This document shows positions 7,719 to 17,933 of a stretch of DNA of 40,233 bases, piece after piece. The first letter of the stretch is position 1. Each line of letters begins with the position of its first letter. The notes beneath the pieces were generated by a model, which was not told the origin of the DNA, searched no databases, and saw only the letters and a list, made by a program, of their open reading frames with translations. Made by a program: the position numbers and the translations under genes. The DNA comes from a phage. The DNA is taken from the sequence record PZ445540.1. One strand, given 5' to 3'.

Positions 7719-10700
7719 TTGATGGCAACATTACGTGAGTTAATAATCAAAATTTCCGCTAACTCGCAGTCATTCCAGTCGGAAATTTCCCGCGCCTCAC
7801 GCATGGGGCAGGATTATTACCGAACCATGCAAAATGGCGGTCGGCAGGCTGCCGCTGCCGCCCGAGAGAGCGAAAGGGCGTTATCTGATCTGACCGCTGG
7901 GTTTGCATCGGCAGGAAGAGCCGCTGCTGCTGCTACGGCCGCTTTTGCGACTGGTAAGCTCGTGCAGATTGCTGATGAGTGGAATTCAGTAAACGCCCGT
8001 CTTAAGCAGGCATCATCTTCAGCTGATGATTTTGCTGCCTCTCAGCGCCAGTTAATGGAAATCAGCCAAAGAACTGGCACCGCGTTTTCAGACAACGCAA
8101 ACCTTTTTTCACGCGCAGCTGCTTCAATGCGTGAGTTTGGGTATAGCTCTGACGAAGTTCTGAAAATTACCGAAGCTGTTTCTACCGGCCTTAAACTTTC
8201 GGGGGCTAATACTCAGGAAGCGAGTTCTGTTATCACTCAATTCAGCCAGGCTCTGGCGCAGGGCGTTCTTCGCGGTGAAGAATTCAACGCCGTTAACGAA
8301 GCAGGTGATCGTGTTATCCGCGCACTTGCCGCCGGAATGGGCGTGGCCCGCAAAGACCTGAAGAGCATGGCTGACCAGGGGCAACTTACGATTGATAAGG
8401 TTGTTCCTGCATTAATGAGCCAGTTGGGCTCATTACAGGGTGAGTTTGCCAGCATGCCGCAAACAGTTTCCGGATCCCTGCAAAAAGTCACAAACTCGTT
8501 CATGGCATGGGTTGGAGGTGTCAACCAGGCTACAGGTGCTACCGATGCGCTATCTGGTGGCCTAGACGGAGTTGCCCAAACGCTTGATTCATTTACCTCT
8601 TCGGCAGTAAGCGGCGCACTAAGTGATGTTGCAGACAATATGTCCACGATCACAACAGTGGCGGGTGCACTTGTTGGCGTTGGGCTGGCAAGGTATCTCA
8701 GTGGAGTAGTAACTAGCGCCACGAGCGCAACCGGCGCGCTAATTTCTGCGGCTAAGTCAGAGGTTGCTCTTGCCGTTGCACAGGATAAGGCTGCACAGTC
8801 TGCCGTTGCCGCCTCAAGGGCGGAGGTTTATAGGGCTCAGCAAGCTGTACAGAGATCGCGTAGCGCAGATGTTCAGGCTGCGCAGCAAGAGAAAATTGCT
8901 GCGGCAGAAGCAAAAGTCACTGCAGCCCAGGCCAGGCTGACTACCGCTCTAGCCAGCGGTTCTGCTACAGAGAAAGTCAGGGCCAGAACTGCACTTGAGC
9001 GTGCACAGGCAGGGCTGGTGGCTGCAAAAAATTCTGACGCTCAAGCTGCTGCAGAAAGGCGTCTGTCCGCGACCCAGGCTTCCTTAAACCGGAACCTTGC
9101 AAACCGTGTTTCGGCTCAAAGCAATCTCAATAGCGTGACATCCGTCGGCACTCGGCTCATGAGTGGTGCACTTGGTCTCATCGGTGGAGTTCCTGGTTTA
9201 GTTATGTTGGGTGCTGGAGCCTGGTATGCGATGTATCAAAACCAGGAGCAGGCACGTCGCTCTGCCCAGGAATACGCCAGTCAAATCGACGAAATACGAG
9301 AAAAAACTTCCCGCATGTCTTTGTCTGAAACAGACGACAATAGGGGGAGAACTGTTGGTGCTCTGGTAGAGCAAAATCGTTTGGTTGATGAGCAAGCCAA
9401 AAAGGTTGGTGAGCTGAAGAACCAGATCGACGATTTGAATGCATCGCGTGGAAAACCGGGCATTACCAGCGAGAACGATGCAAATATACTGAGAGCGATA
9501 GCTATCGTTACGGATCAACTTGCTGTTGAAGAGGGAAAATTAAATGACATGCGAGATAAATCTCGCGGCATACAGCAGGCTCTCGAAGAAATTGAGCGAC
9601 GTCGCAATGATTTAATACGCGAACAAGCCTGGCGACAGAATGCGGTATATCAGTCGATGATCATGATGAATGGTCAGCATACTGAATTTAACCGTCTGCT
9701 GGGGCTGGGAAATCAGCTATTAATGGCCCGGCAAGGGCTGGCGAACGTCCCTCTCAGACTTCCTCAGGCCGACCTCGACAAAAAGCAAACCGATGCCCTC
9801 GAAAAGAGCCGTCGGGATCTTGAGTTGTCACGCCTGAAGGGTGAGGCCAAAGAGCGCCTGCGTCTGAGTTATGCAGCCGATGACCTGGGGTTAACCAGTG
9901 ATCCGCAATTCCAGACAGGCCGTCAGGAGTTGATTAATAACGGTCTTGCTGAATGGCGGAATAATGAGGCCAACAAACCTAAGGCGAAGGGTGGTAAAAC
10001 CGAAGGCGAGAAAACCGAGGATGTGTATAAGCGCCTTATCAAGCAGCAAAAAGAGCAGATTGCCCTGCAAGGCCAGAATACTGAACTGGCGAAGGTTAAA
10101 TACCAGGTCAGCCAGGGCGAGCTTGCTTCTCTGACAGAAGCCCAGAAAAAGACGGTATTGCAGAATGCTGCGCTCATTGACCAGGTTAAATTGCGTGAGC
10201 AACTGCGAAATTACGAAGCCAACCTTGCTGACAGTAACGCCAGCGCCCGCGCAGCCAATGAAGCGCAACTGCTGGGCTATGGGCAGGGAACCAGGTTCCG
10301 TGAAAGACTTCAGGAGCAGTTCAATCTGCGTAAGGAGTTTGAGCAGAAGAATACCGATCTTCTCCGCCAGCGTCAGGCTGGTGAAATCGACGAGACGTTC
10401 TATCAGCAGGGGCTGGCACTTAATAAGCGCTACCTCGAAGAGCGCCTGCGCGACCAGGAGGGATATTACGCAGCTTCTGATGCTCAGCGTGACGACTGGA
10501 TGACGGGACTGTCTGAGGGTTATGCGAACTGGGTGGACGAAGCCACTGATTATTCTTCCATGGCCGCTGACGGCATGAAGCAGGCCATGGGTGGCGCGGT
10601 CACCACGATCACCGACATGCTCAATGGCAACGTTGACAGCTGGAAGGACTGGGGCGTGAGCGTACTGAAGATTATCCAGAACGTTCTGGTGAACATGGCT

Positions 10701-11198
10701 GTTGCTAATGGCGTCAGCTCAATTGGATCACTGTTCAGTTTTGGTGCCTCGTCAGCCGCAACCGCCAGCAGCGGTACCGCTATTCAGAATGCTGGCGCGA
10801 ACTTCACATTTAATGCGAAGGGTAATGTTTACGACTCTCCGTCCCTGAGCGCTTACAGCAATGGCGTTTTCCAGACGCCTCAGCTGTTTGCTTTTGCCAA
10901 AGGCGCAGGGGTTTTTGCCGAGGCTGGGCCGGAAGCGATCATGCCACTTACCCGCGCGCCGGATGGTTCTCTCGGCGTTCGTGCGGTCGGAGGTGGCGGC
11001 GGTCAGTCTGTATCTTCGGCGCCACAGGTTTATATCACCATCGATGGCAACGGCAACACTCAAACACAGGCCTCGCCAGGCCTTGAGCAATTTGGTGCCG
11101 AGGTCGGGGAATTTGTTGATCGACGTTATAAGCAGAATGTGATGCGTGACATTCGTCCCGGCGGCGACATCTGGAACGCAATGAAAGGAACCCGATAA
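7719..11198 (+). CDS. tail tape measure protein
   Basis: 1159 aa, Ala/Gln-rich coiled-coil protein with C-terminal Gly-rich segment; canonical position. Confidence 0.9.
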   Translation: MMATLRELIIKISANSQSFQSEISRASRMGQDYYRTMQNGGRQAAAAARESERALSDLTAGFASAGRAAAAATAAFATGKLVQIADEWNSVNARLKQASSSADDFAASQRQLMEISQRTGTAFSDNANLFSRAAASMREFGYSSDEVLKITEAVSTGLKLSGANTQEASSVITQFSQALAQGVLRGEEFNAVNEAGDRVIRALAAGMGVARKDLKSMADQGQLTIDKVVPALMSQLGSLQGEFASMPQTVSGSLQKVTNSFMAWVGGVNQATGATDALSGGLDGVAQTLDSFTSSAVSGALSDVADNMSTITTVAGALVGVGLARYLSGVVTSATSATGALISAAKSEVALAVAQDKAAQSAVAASRAEVYRAQQAVQRSRSADVQAAQQEKIAAAEAKVTAAQARLTTALASGSATEKVRARTALERAQAGLVAAKNSDAQAAAERRLSATQASLNRNLANRVSAQSNLNSVTSVGTRLMSGALGLIGGVPGLVMLGAGAWYAMYQNQEQARRSAQEYASQIDEIREKTSRMSLSETDDNRGRTVGALVEQNRLVDEQAKKVGELKNQIDDLNASRGKPGITSENDANILRAIAIVTDQLAVEEGKLNDMRDKSRGIQQALEEIERRRNDLIREQAWRQNAVYQSMIMMNGQHTEFNRLLGLGNQLLMARQGLANVPLRLPQADLDKKQTDALEKSRRDLELSRLKGEAKERLRLSYAADDLGLTSDPQFQTGRQELINNGLAEWRNNEANKPKAKGGKTEGEKTEDVYKRLIKQQKEQIALQGQNTELAKVKYQVSQGELASLTEAQKKTVLQNAALIDQVKLREQLRNYEANLADSNASARAANEAQLLGYGQGTRFRERLQEQFNLRKEFEQKNTDLLRQRQAGEIDETFYQQGLALNKRYLEERLRDQEGYYAASDAQRDDWMTGLSEGYANWVDEATDYSSMAADGMKQAMGGAVTTITDMLNGNVDSWKDWGVSVLKIIQNVLVNMAVANGVSSIGSLFSFGASSAATASSGTAIQNAGANFTFNAKGNVYDSPSLSAYSNGVFQTPQLFAFAKGAGVFAEAGPEAIMPLTRAPDGSLGVRAVGGGGGQSVSSAPQVYITIDGNGNTQTQASPGLEQFGAEVGEFVDRRYKQNVMRDIRPGGDIWNAMKGTR

Positions 11199-11200
11199 TT

Positions 11201-11539
11201 ATGGCCATTGAAACTTTCACCTGGTGCCCTCGGATTAACGCGGAGGCTGATACAAGTTTCCGCGTCAGGAAAGCCCAGTTTGGCGATGGATATGAGCAGG
11301 TTTCAGGGGATGGATTGAACACCAGAACTCAGCAGTGGACGCTTAACTTCACTGGCAACGAAACCTACATTTCTGCCATTAAGTCTTTTCTCGACAGGCA
11401 TGAAGGAACGAAAGCCTTTCAGTGGAAGCCGCCGCTCGAGCCTTTGGGTTTGTATCGTTGCGAAACGTATAAACCCACCGGGCTGGGCGCGGGGAAATTC
11501 AACCTTGAAGCAACATTCATCCAGGCATTTAAACCATGA
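11201..11539 (+). CDS. minor tail protein (lambda M-like)
   Basis: 112 aa immediately after the tape measure; size and position match lambda gpM. Confidence 0.75.
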   Translation: MAIETFTWCPRINAEADTSFRVRKAQFGDGYEQVSGDGLNTRTQQWTLNFTGNETYISAIKSFLDRHEGTKAFQWKPPLEPLGLYRCETYKPTGLGAGKFNLEATFIQAFKP

Positions 11540-12294
11540 GCTTAAACGCAGACTATCAGAAGCTTGAATCCGGAAACGATGTTCGTCTGATTGAGGTGGA
11601 CGGTTCTTCCTTTGGGCTAACGGACGTTCTCCGCTTTCACAATTACCGCATTCCCCACACGGAAGCGGAAATCATCGCCGCTGGTGGGGATGAGTCCAAG
11701 CTTCCGGCGAAACCAATCTGGTGGCAGGGAAATGAATACGCCGCCTGGCCGTATCAGTTGGAAGGCCTGGAAAAATCAACCAGTGGGAGCAATGCAACGC
11801 CATCACTGACGGTTGCGAACATCGAAAGCTCTATTTCTGCCCTGTGTCTTGCCTATGACGATCTGCTGCAGGCGAAAGTCACTATTCACGACACAAAAGA
11901 GAAATATCTCGATGCCAGAAATTTCGCGGACGGCAACCCCACAGCAGACCCGACTCAGGAAAAGCTGCAGGTCTGGTATATCGACGGGAAAACGGGCGAG
12001 CTTGCCGGTGAAACCGTTGAATTTGTTCTGTCCAGCCCGATGGACCTGCAGGGGCAAATGATCCCGACGCGACAGCTTCATTCCCTGTGTACCTGGTGCA
12101 TCCGGAATAAATATCGTACCGGCGACGGCTGCGACTATGCCGGCACCCGCTATTTCGATAAAAACAACAACCCGGTAAGCGATCCGTCGCTGGATGAATG
12201 CAACGGCACGCTGACGGCCTGCAAACTCCGATTCGGCGAAAATAACGAACTCTCGTTTGGTGGCTTCCCGGGCACGTCTTTGATCAGGAGCTGA
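11536..12294 (+). CDS. minor tail protein (lambda L-like)
   Basis: 252 aa; C-terminal Cys cluster (CTWC...C...C...C) as in lambda gpL; overlapping start. Confidence 0.78.
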   Translation: MSLNADYQKLESGNDVRLIEVDGSSFGLTDVLRFHNYRIPHTEAEIIAAGGDESKLPAKPIWWQGNEYAAWPYQLEGLEKSTSGSNATPSLTVANIESSISALCLAYDDLLQAKVTIHDTKEKYLDARNFADGNPTADPTQEKLQVWYIDGKTGELAGETVEFVLSSPMDLQGQMIPTRQLHSLCTWCIRNKYRTGDGCDYAGTRYFDKNNNPVSDPSLDECNGTLTACKLRFGENNELSFGGFPGTSLIRS

Positions 12295-12295
12295 T

Positions 12296-13006
12296 ATGCG
12301 GCAGAAAACCATTGATGCCATTATGGCGCATGCTGCAGCTGAATATCCTCGCGAATGCTGCGGCGTGGTGGCGCAGAAAAGCCGCGTTGAACGTTATTTC
12401 CCGTGCCGGAATCTTGCCGCGGCGCCGGAGGACAATTTTGTCCTTTGCCCAGAAGACTATGCAGCTGCTGAGGACTGGGGCACGGTGATCGCCATCGCGC
12501 ACAGTCACCCTGATGCCACGACACAGCCGAGCGAACTGGATAAAGCGCAATGCGATGCAACGCTTTTACCCTGGCACATCGTGAGCTGGCCTGAGGGGGA
12601 TTTACGCACCATCCAGCCGCGCGGAGAACTGCCGCTTCTGGAGCGTCCGTTTGTGCTTGGACACTTCGACTGCTGGGGGCTGGTAATGAGCTATTTCCGG
12701 CAAACACATGGGATTGAGTTGCACGACTACCGGGTTGATTATCCCTGGTGGGAAAACGACTATCCGGATAACTTCTATCAGGACTGTTGGTATGAGTGCG
12801 GATTCCGTGAATTCGACGGGCCACCGAAACCCGGAGATATGGTGATCATGCAGGTCCAGGCTGATAAGTGGAATCACGCGGGGATTCTTCTGGAGGGAAA
12901 TATGCTACTCCACCACCTGTATGGACATCTGAGCCAGCGCGTGCCGTATGGTGGCTATTGGCAGGAAAGAACGATGAAGATTTTACGTTACAAATCTCTG
13001 TGCTAA
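12296..13006 (+). CDS. tail assembly protein (lambda K-like; JAB/MPN + NlpC/P60)
   Basis: 236 aa; 'AIAHSHPD' JAMM-type motif and Cys/His hydrolase-like C-terminal half. Confidence 0.78.
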   Translation: MRQKTIDAIMAHAAAEYPRECCGVVAQKSRVERYFPCRNLAAAPEDNFVLCPEDYAAAEDWGTVIAIAHSHPDATTQPSELDKAQCDATLLPWHIVSWPEGDLRTIQPRGELPLLERPFVLGHFDCWGLVMSYFRQTHGIELHDYRVDYPWWENDYPDNFYQDCWYECGFREFDGPPKPGDMVIMQVQADKWNHAGILLEGNMLLHHLYGHLSQRVPYGGYWQERTMKILRYKSLC

Positions 13007-13038
13007 CCTCTTGTTAATTTAAACAAGGGGATGATGGA

Positions 13039-13560
13039 ATGAGGAATGTTTTAATTTTAGCGTTTGTCACATTTTTGTTTGGCTGCACTGAAAGAGCGCG
13101 ACCAGCAGATGAAATCGATCATGAAAGTGGACTGGTTAAAATATTCAGCACTAAAAATTTTAATACTGCGCAAGATAGGGCTGATATTCTTTGCGGCAAA
13201 AAATCATATTATGTGAAAGCTCTTCATGAAAGTAATTTGGTACTTTTAAGAAACAACCTCTCCGACGTATATTTGTTCGATTACATTCCTTTTCAGTGTG
13301 AGCTGAAAGCTGCCGCAAACGCGGGAAACTCTGAAGCTAAAGCGCTCTATGACAAAAAACTTACTGATGCATATCGTAATCTTGAAGAGTCTAAAAGAAA
13401 TCAGTACGAAGCGCATAAAGCTTATGCCAAAAAGCATGGGATTGATTCATATAGCACAGTAAACCCTGATGGCAGCATAGAGGCTCACACCATAGATTCC
13501 AGCGGTAACGCTTGTCATAGCACTGTCGGTATATATGGAGGGGAAACAGTCTGTGACTAA
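13039..13560 (+). CDS. lipoprotein of unknown function (moron)
   Basis: 173 aa; N-terminal signal with lipobox LFGC; ~38% GC; inserted between the K-like and I-like tail genes. Confidence 0.5.
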   Translation: MRNVLILAFVTFLFGCTERARPADEIDHESGLVKIFSTKNFNTAQDRADILCGKKSYYVKALHESNLVLLRNNLSDVYLFDYIPFQCELKAAANAGNSEAKALYDKKLTDAYRNLEESKRNQYEAHKAYAKKHGIDSYSTVNPDGSIEAHTIDSSGNACHSTVGIYGGETVCD

Positions 13561-13597
13561 TTTATGTTGCTTTAATTAGTCAATTTTCGAGGTTCAT

Positions 13598-14176
13598 ATG
13601 ACAGAAAATATGACTCAAATTGAACTCGGTGGCATTCTGGGTAAAACATTTGGGAAAATGCACTACCGGCTTATTAGTAAGACCAGTGAGGCTACTCGCA
13701 GTTTAGCGGCAACACTGGACGGTTTTGAGAAGTTTATGATCTCCAGCCAGCGGAGGGGATTAACATATGCTGTTTTTAAGGGTAAGAAAAATATAGGTCT
13801 GGATGATTTAGGCTTTCCAGTTTCCGGTGAAGTAATCCGGATTGTCCCTGTAGTAATAGGAAGTAAAAAAGCGGGATTACTGCAAACAATTCTCGGAGCG
13901 GTATTAGTGGTAGTGGGTGTGGTTACCTCTGCATATGGTGGAGCACCATTGATCGGCGCAGGTATTGGTATGATGGCTGGTGGTATCGTCCAAATGCTAT
14001 CCCCTCAGCCAACCGGACTGGCCAGCAAGCAAAGTGCAGATAACCGCGCATCATACGCGTTCGGTGGAGTGACAAACACCGCTGCTCAGGGCTACCCGGT
14101 ACCGCTGCTTTATGGTCGCCGGCGAATCGGTGGGGCAATTATTTCCGCCGGAATTTATGTCGAGGATCAGCAATGA
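13598..14176 (+). CDS. tail assembly protein (lambda I-like)
   Basis: 192 aa; position between the K-like gene and J; Gly-rich hydrophobic C-terminal half. Confidence 0.65.
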   Translation: MTENMTQIELGGILGKTFGKMHYRLISKTSEATRSLAATLDGFEKFMISSQRRGLTYAVFKGKKNIGLDDLGFPVSGEVIRIVPVVIGSKKAGLLQTILGAVLVVVGVVTSAYGGAPLIGAGIGMMAGGIVQMLSPQPTGLASKQSADNRASYAFGGVTNTAAQGYPVPLLYGRRRIGGAIISAGIYVEDQQ

Positions 14177-14439
14177 AAAAATACTTGAGATTGACTATTT
14201 CAGGCCTGCATCGCGTGGATGACGGAATCCTAATCGGCGGAAATGCGACAGTAATAGTAAACCGTGGCGGAGAGGTTATTTGTCGCGAGACACTTTCTGG
14301 CAAAGTTTCCGATAAATATTCAAAGCTATATGAAGTTGAAGATACCCTTATTCCAGTATCAGTAACGTCGTCCAGTGATTGTCCGTTTTTCAGAGCTGAA
14401 GCTGACTTTGTAAATCCATTTAGCGAAACAAACATCTAA
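14173..14439 (+). CDS. hypothetical protein
   Basis: 88 aa ORF whose ATG overlaps the I-like stop (ATGA); followed by an intrinsic terminator. Confidence 0.4.
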   Translation: MKKYLRLTISGLHRVDDGILIGGNATVIVNRGGEVICRETLSGKVSDKYSKLYEVEDTLIPVSVTSSSDCPFFRAEADFVNPFSETNI

Positions 14440-14458
14440 CTAATTTTCTTCAGAAATA

Positions 14459-14483
14459 AGCCAACTTCGGGTGGCTTTTTTTA
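14459..14483 (+). terminator. intrinsic terminator upstream of J
   Basis: agccaacttcgggtggct followed by TTTTTTT. Confidence 0.55.
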
Positions 14484-14493
14484 TGGGCGCAAT

Positions 14494-17400
14494 ATGGCTA
14501 CAGAAAAAGTGTTAAAGGGCCGCAAGGGCGGCAGCTCAAGTTCCCGAACCCCAACCGAACAGCCTGATGATCTGCAATCTGTAGCGAAGGCAAAAATCCT
14601 CGTTGCGCTTGGGGAAGGGGAGTTTGCAGGGCAGCTAACCGGCAAAGATATCTACCTGGACGGAACGGCACTTGAGAACGCTGACGGCTCCCAAAACTTC
14701 AGCGGCGTAACGTGGGAATTTCGCGCAGGAACGCAGGCGCAAAAATATATTCAGGGCATACCCGGTACCGAAAACGAAATCAGCGTTGGTACCGAAGTTT
14801 CCAGCACTACAGCCTGGACGCGCACATTCACCAATACGCAGCTTTCAGCGGTTCGCTTGCGTCTGAAATGGCCGTCACTCTTTAAACAGGAAAACGACGG
14901 TGATCTGGTCGGCTACTCAATAAACTATGCTATCGACCTGCAGACTGACGGCGGTATCTGGCATACGGTACTCAATACCAGTGTGACCGGGAAAACGACA
15001 TCAGGTTACGAGCGCAGCCACCGAATTGATTTACCGCAGGCTGGCAGCACCTGGACAATCAGACTGCGTAAGATTACAGCCGATGCCAATAGTGCGAAGA
15101 TCGGCGACACGATGACGCTGCAGAGCTTCACTGAGGTGATCGACGCCAAACTGCGCTACCCGAACACAGCATTGCTGTATATTGAGTTTGATTCAAGCCA
15201 GTTCAACGGCTCTATCCCGCAGATTTCATGCGAGCCGCGCGGGCGCGTTATTCGCGTTCCTGATAACTACGATCCTGAAACCAGAACATATTTCGGCACA
15301 TGGACCGGCGCCTTTAAATGGGCATGGACCGATAACCCGGCGTGGATTTTTTACGACCTGGTGGTTTCCGACCGCTTCGGTCTTGGTCACCGGCTAAGCG
15401 CGGCAAATATCGATAAATGGACGCTGTATCAGGTGGCTCAGTATTGTGATCAGAGAGTTCCTGACGGAAAGGGTGGCAGCGGTACCGAACCACGGTACAC
15501 CTGCAACGTGTACATTCAGGACCGGAACGACGCCTACACAGTCCTGCGTGATTTTGCTGCTATCTTCCGGGGCATGACCTACTGGGGCGGCAATCAAATT
15601 GTTGCTCTGGCTGACATGCCGCGTGATGTTGATTACAGCTATACGCGCGCAAACGTTATTGACGGTCGATTCACCTATTCGAGCAGTACCACGAAAAGCC
15701 GATACACTACCGCGCTGGTATCATGGTCCGATCCAGATAATGCCTACGCCGACGCTATGGAGCCGGTATTTGAGCAGTCGCTGGTTGCGCGGTACGGTTT
15801 TAACCAACTGGAAATGACCGCCATCGGCTGCACCAGGCAGTCAGAGGCAAACCGAAAGGGGCGCTGGGGTATTCTCACCAACAACAAGGATCGCGTTGTT
15901 TCGTTTGATGTGGGCCTGGACGGAAACATACCACAGCCAGGCTACATCATCGCCGTGGCTGACGAACTGCTGTCCGGAAAGGTAATGGGTGGCCGCATCA
16001 GCGAAGTTAACGGTCGCGTTATCAGGCTTGATCGTGTTCCTGATGCGACTGCAGGTGATCGCCTTATTCTGAACCTTCCATCTGGAGCTTCGCAGAGCCG
16101 CACCATTCAGGCGGTAAACGGTGAGTCGGTAACTGTCACAACCACGTACAGTGAGACGCCACAGCCCGAAGCAGTTTGGCTGGTGGAATCAAACGAGCTC
16201 TACGCGCAACAGTACCGCGTTGTCAGTGTGAGCGATAACAATAATGGTACCTTCTCAATCACTGCGGCATTTCATGACCCGGACAAATACGCCAGAATTG
16301 ATACCGGCGCGATTATCGACCAGCGACCGATTAGTGTTATTCCGCCGGGAAACCAGTCCGCACCAGCCAACATCGTAATCAGCTCGTTTTCTGTGGTTCA
16401 GCAGAATATCAGCGTCGAAACCATGCGCGTAAGCTGGGACCAGGCAAAAAATGCCATCGCCTATGAGGCACAGTGGCGCCGTAACGACGGGAACTGGGTG
16501 AACATGCCGCGCAGCTCCACCACGTCATTTGACGTCCCGGGGATTTATGCCGGGCGCTACCTGGTGCGCGTGCGCGCAATTAATGCCGCTGAAATTTCCT
16601 CAGGATGGGGATATTCAGAAGAGAAGACACTGACCGGCAAAGTAGGTAATCCGCCTAAGCCAGTAGGATTCACCGCCACGGGCATTAACTGGGGGATTCG
16701 TCTTAACTGGGGTTTCCCGGCAAACACCGGCGATACGCTAAAAACGGAAATTCAGTACACTGCCAACAGTGACTTTTCAGATCCACTCTTGCTCTCAGAC
16801 GTGCCTTATCCATCTGCGGAATACACCCAGCTCGGCCTTAAAGCAGGGCAGGAATTCTGGTACCGCGCGCAGCTGGTCGACAGAACGGGTAACGAGTCCG
16901 GGTATACCGACTGGATCAGGGGGATGTCTAACGATAACGCCGATGATTATCTTGGAGATATCGCAGACGATTTCCTAACCTCTGCCGACGGGGAACGCCT
17001 CACCGGTGACATCGATACCAACATTGAGGGAATTCTACAGAACGCCCTGGCGAACCACGGAACTGTTGAGCACCAGTGGGCACAATACGGAGAAGTGCGT
17101 GCCGATATTCTGGTGGTTAAAACGACGATTGCTGAAGTTGATAATGCAATGGCCGAACTTTCGACGCAGGTGCAGGCGCAGATTGAGGATGTTACCGCTT
17201 CCCTGGAAGACAAGCTTACAGCCGTCGTTGATGCCTCTGGCGCTTCGGCTATCTACACCCTCAAAACAGGCGTGAGGATAAACGGCATCATGTATAACGC
17301 CGGGATGTCGATTGCCGTTCTGGCGCAGGCAGGGCAGCCGATTGTTACCCGAGTAGGTTTCAACGCTAACCAGTTCGTGCTGATGAGTGGCAGTGGCGAT

Positions 17401-17670
17401 ACCCAGTATTCGCCGTTCGCTGTGGTTAATGGACAGGTCTTTATCAGCTCAGCGTTTATTCAGGATGGCACGATCACCAATGCCAAAATCGGCAACTTCA
17501 TCCAGTCCAATAACTACGTTGCTGGGTCTATCGGATGGAGGCTGGATAAAAGTGGCACACTGGAAATGAATGGTGCCACATCAGGGCAGGGCAGATTAAC
17601 GCTGAATAATACCCGCATGGATGTTTATGATCAGAATGGAACGCTTCGCGTAAGAATAGGACAATTATGA
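14494..17670 (+). CDS. host specificity protein / central tail fibre (lambda J-like)
   Basis: 1058 aa; size, position after the I-like gene and fibronectin-III-like central region. Confidence 0.88.
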   Translation: MATEKVLKGRKGGSSSSRTPTEQPDDLQSVAKAKILVALGEGEFAGQLTGKDIYLDGTALENADGSQNFSGVTWEFRAGTQAQKYIQGIPGTENEISVGTEVSSTTAWTRTFTNTQLSAVRLRLKWPSLFKQENDGDLVGYSINYAIDLQTDGGIWHTVLNTSVTGKTTSGYERSHRIDLPQAGSTWTIRLRKITADANSAKIGDTMTLQSFTEVIDAKLRYPNTALLYIEFDSSQFNGSIPQISCEPRGRVIRVPDNYDPETRTYFGTWTGAFKWAWTDNPAWIFYDLVVSDRFGLGHRLSAANIDKWTLYQVAQYCDQRVPDGKGGSGTEPRYTCNVYIQDRNDAYTVLRDFAAIFRGMTYWGGNQIVALADMPRDVDYSYTRANVIDGRFTYSSSTTKSRYTTALVSWSDPDNAYADAMEPVFEQSLVARYGFNQLEMTAIGCTRQSEANRKGRWGILTNNKDRVVSFDVGLDGNIPQPGYIIAVADELLSGKVMGGRISEVNGRVIRLDRVPDATAGDRLILNLPSGASQSRTIQAVNGESVTVTTTYSETPQPEAVWLVESNELYAQQYRVVSVSDNNNGTFSITAAFHDPDKYARIDTGAIIDQRPISVIPPGNQSAPANIVISSFSVVQQNISVETMRVSWDQAKNAIAYEAQWRRNDGNWVNMPRSSTTSFDVPGIYAGRYLVRVRAINAAEISSGWGYSEEKTLTGKVGNPPKPVGFTATGINWGIRLNWGFPANTGDTLKTEIQYTANSDFSDPLLLSDVPYPSAEYTQLGLKAGQEFWYRAQLVDRTGNESGYTDWIRGMSNDNADDYLGDIADDFLTSADGERLTGDIDTNIEGILQNALANHGTVEHQWAQYGEVRADILVVKTTIAEVDNAMAELSTQVQAQIEDVTASLEDKLTAVVDASGASAIYTLKTGVRINGIMYNAGMSIAVLAQAGQPIVTRVGFNANQFVLMSGSGDTQYSPFAVVNGQVFISSAFIQDGTITNAKIGNFIQSNNYVAGSIGWRLDKSGTLEMNGATSGQGRLTLNNTRMDVYDQNGTLRVRIGQL

Positions 17671-17933
17671 TGATAAAATTTTTGGCTATTACAACCTGTT
17701 TTATCCTGACTGGATGCGCTTATAAAGAATCAACGGTTGCTGCTGACTGCACAGCAGTTTATACGCTGAAAACATTTGTGGTCGGAGGTGATTATCCTGT
17801 CAAGATTAATGCGGTCAGGCATGACAGATTTGGGCGAGTTTATTATCGTGCAGCACCAGGGCAATCGTATGTGAATTTTTATGGTCGCTGGCAGCCAGCG
17901 GCTTCATTTAAGCATGGAGACTGCCCACGATGA
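17670..17933 (+). CDS. small lipoprotein (Cor/Llp-like superinfection-exclusion candidate)
   Basis: 87 aa; signal peptide with lipobox LTGC; start overlaps the J stop; position immediately 3' of J. Confidence 0.45.
   Translation: MIKFLAITTCFILTGCAYKESTVAADCTAVYTLKTFVVGGDYPVKINAVRHDRFGRVYYRAAPGQSYVNFYGRWQPAASFKHGDCPR

Noticed and set aside
8124-10503. Multiple ORFs of 60-160 aa on both strands inside the tape measure gene
   Set aside because: All are embedded in the 1159-aa tape measure ORF and reflect its biased composition.
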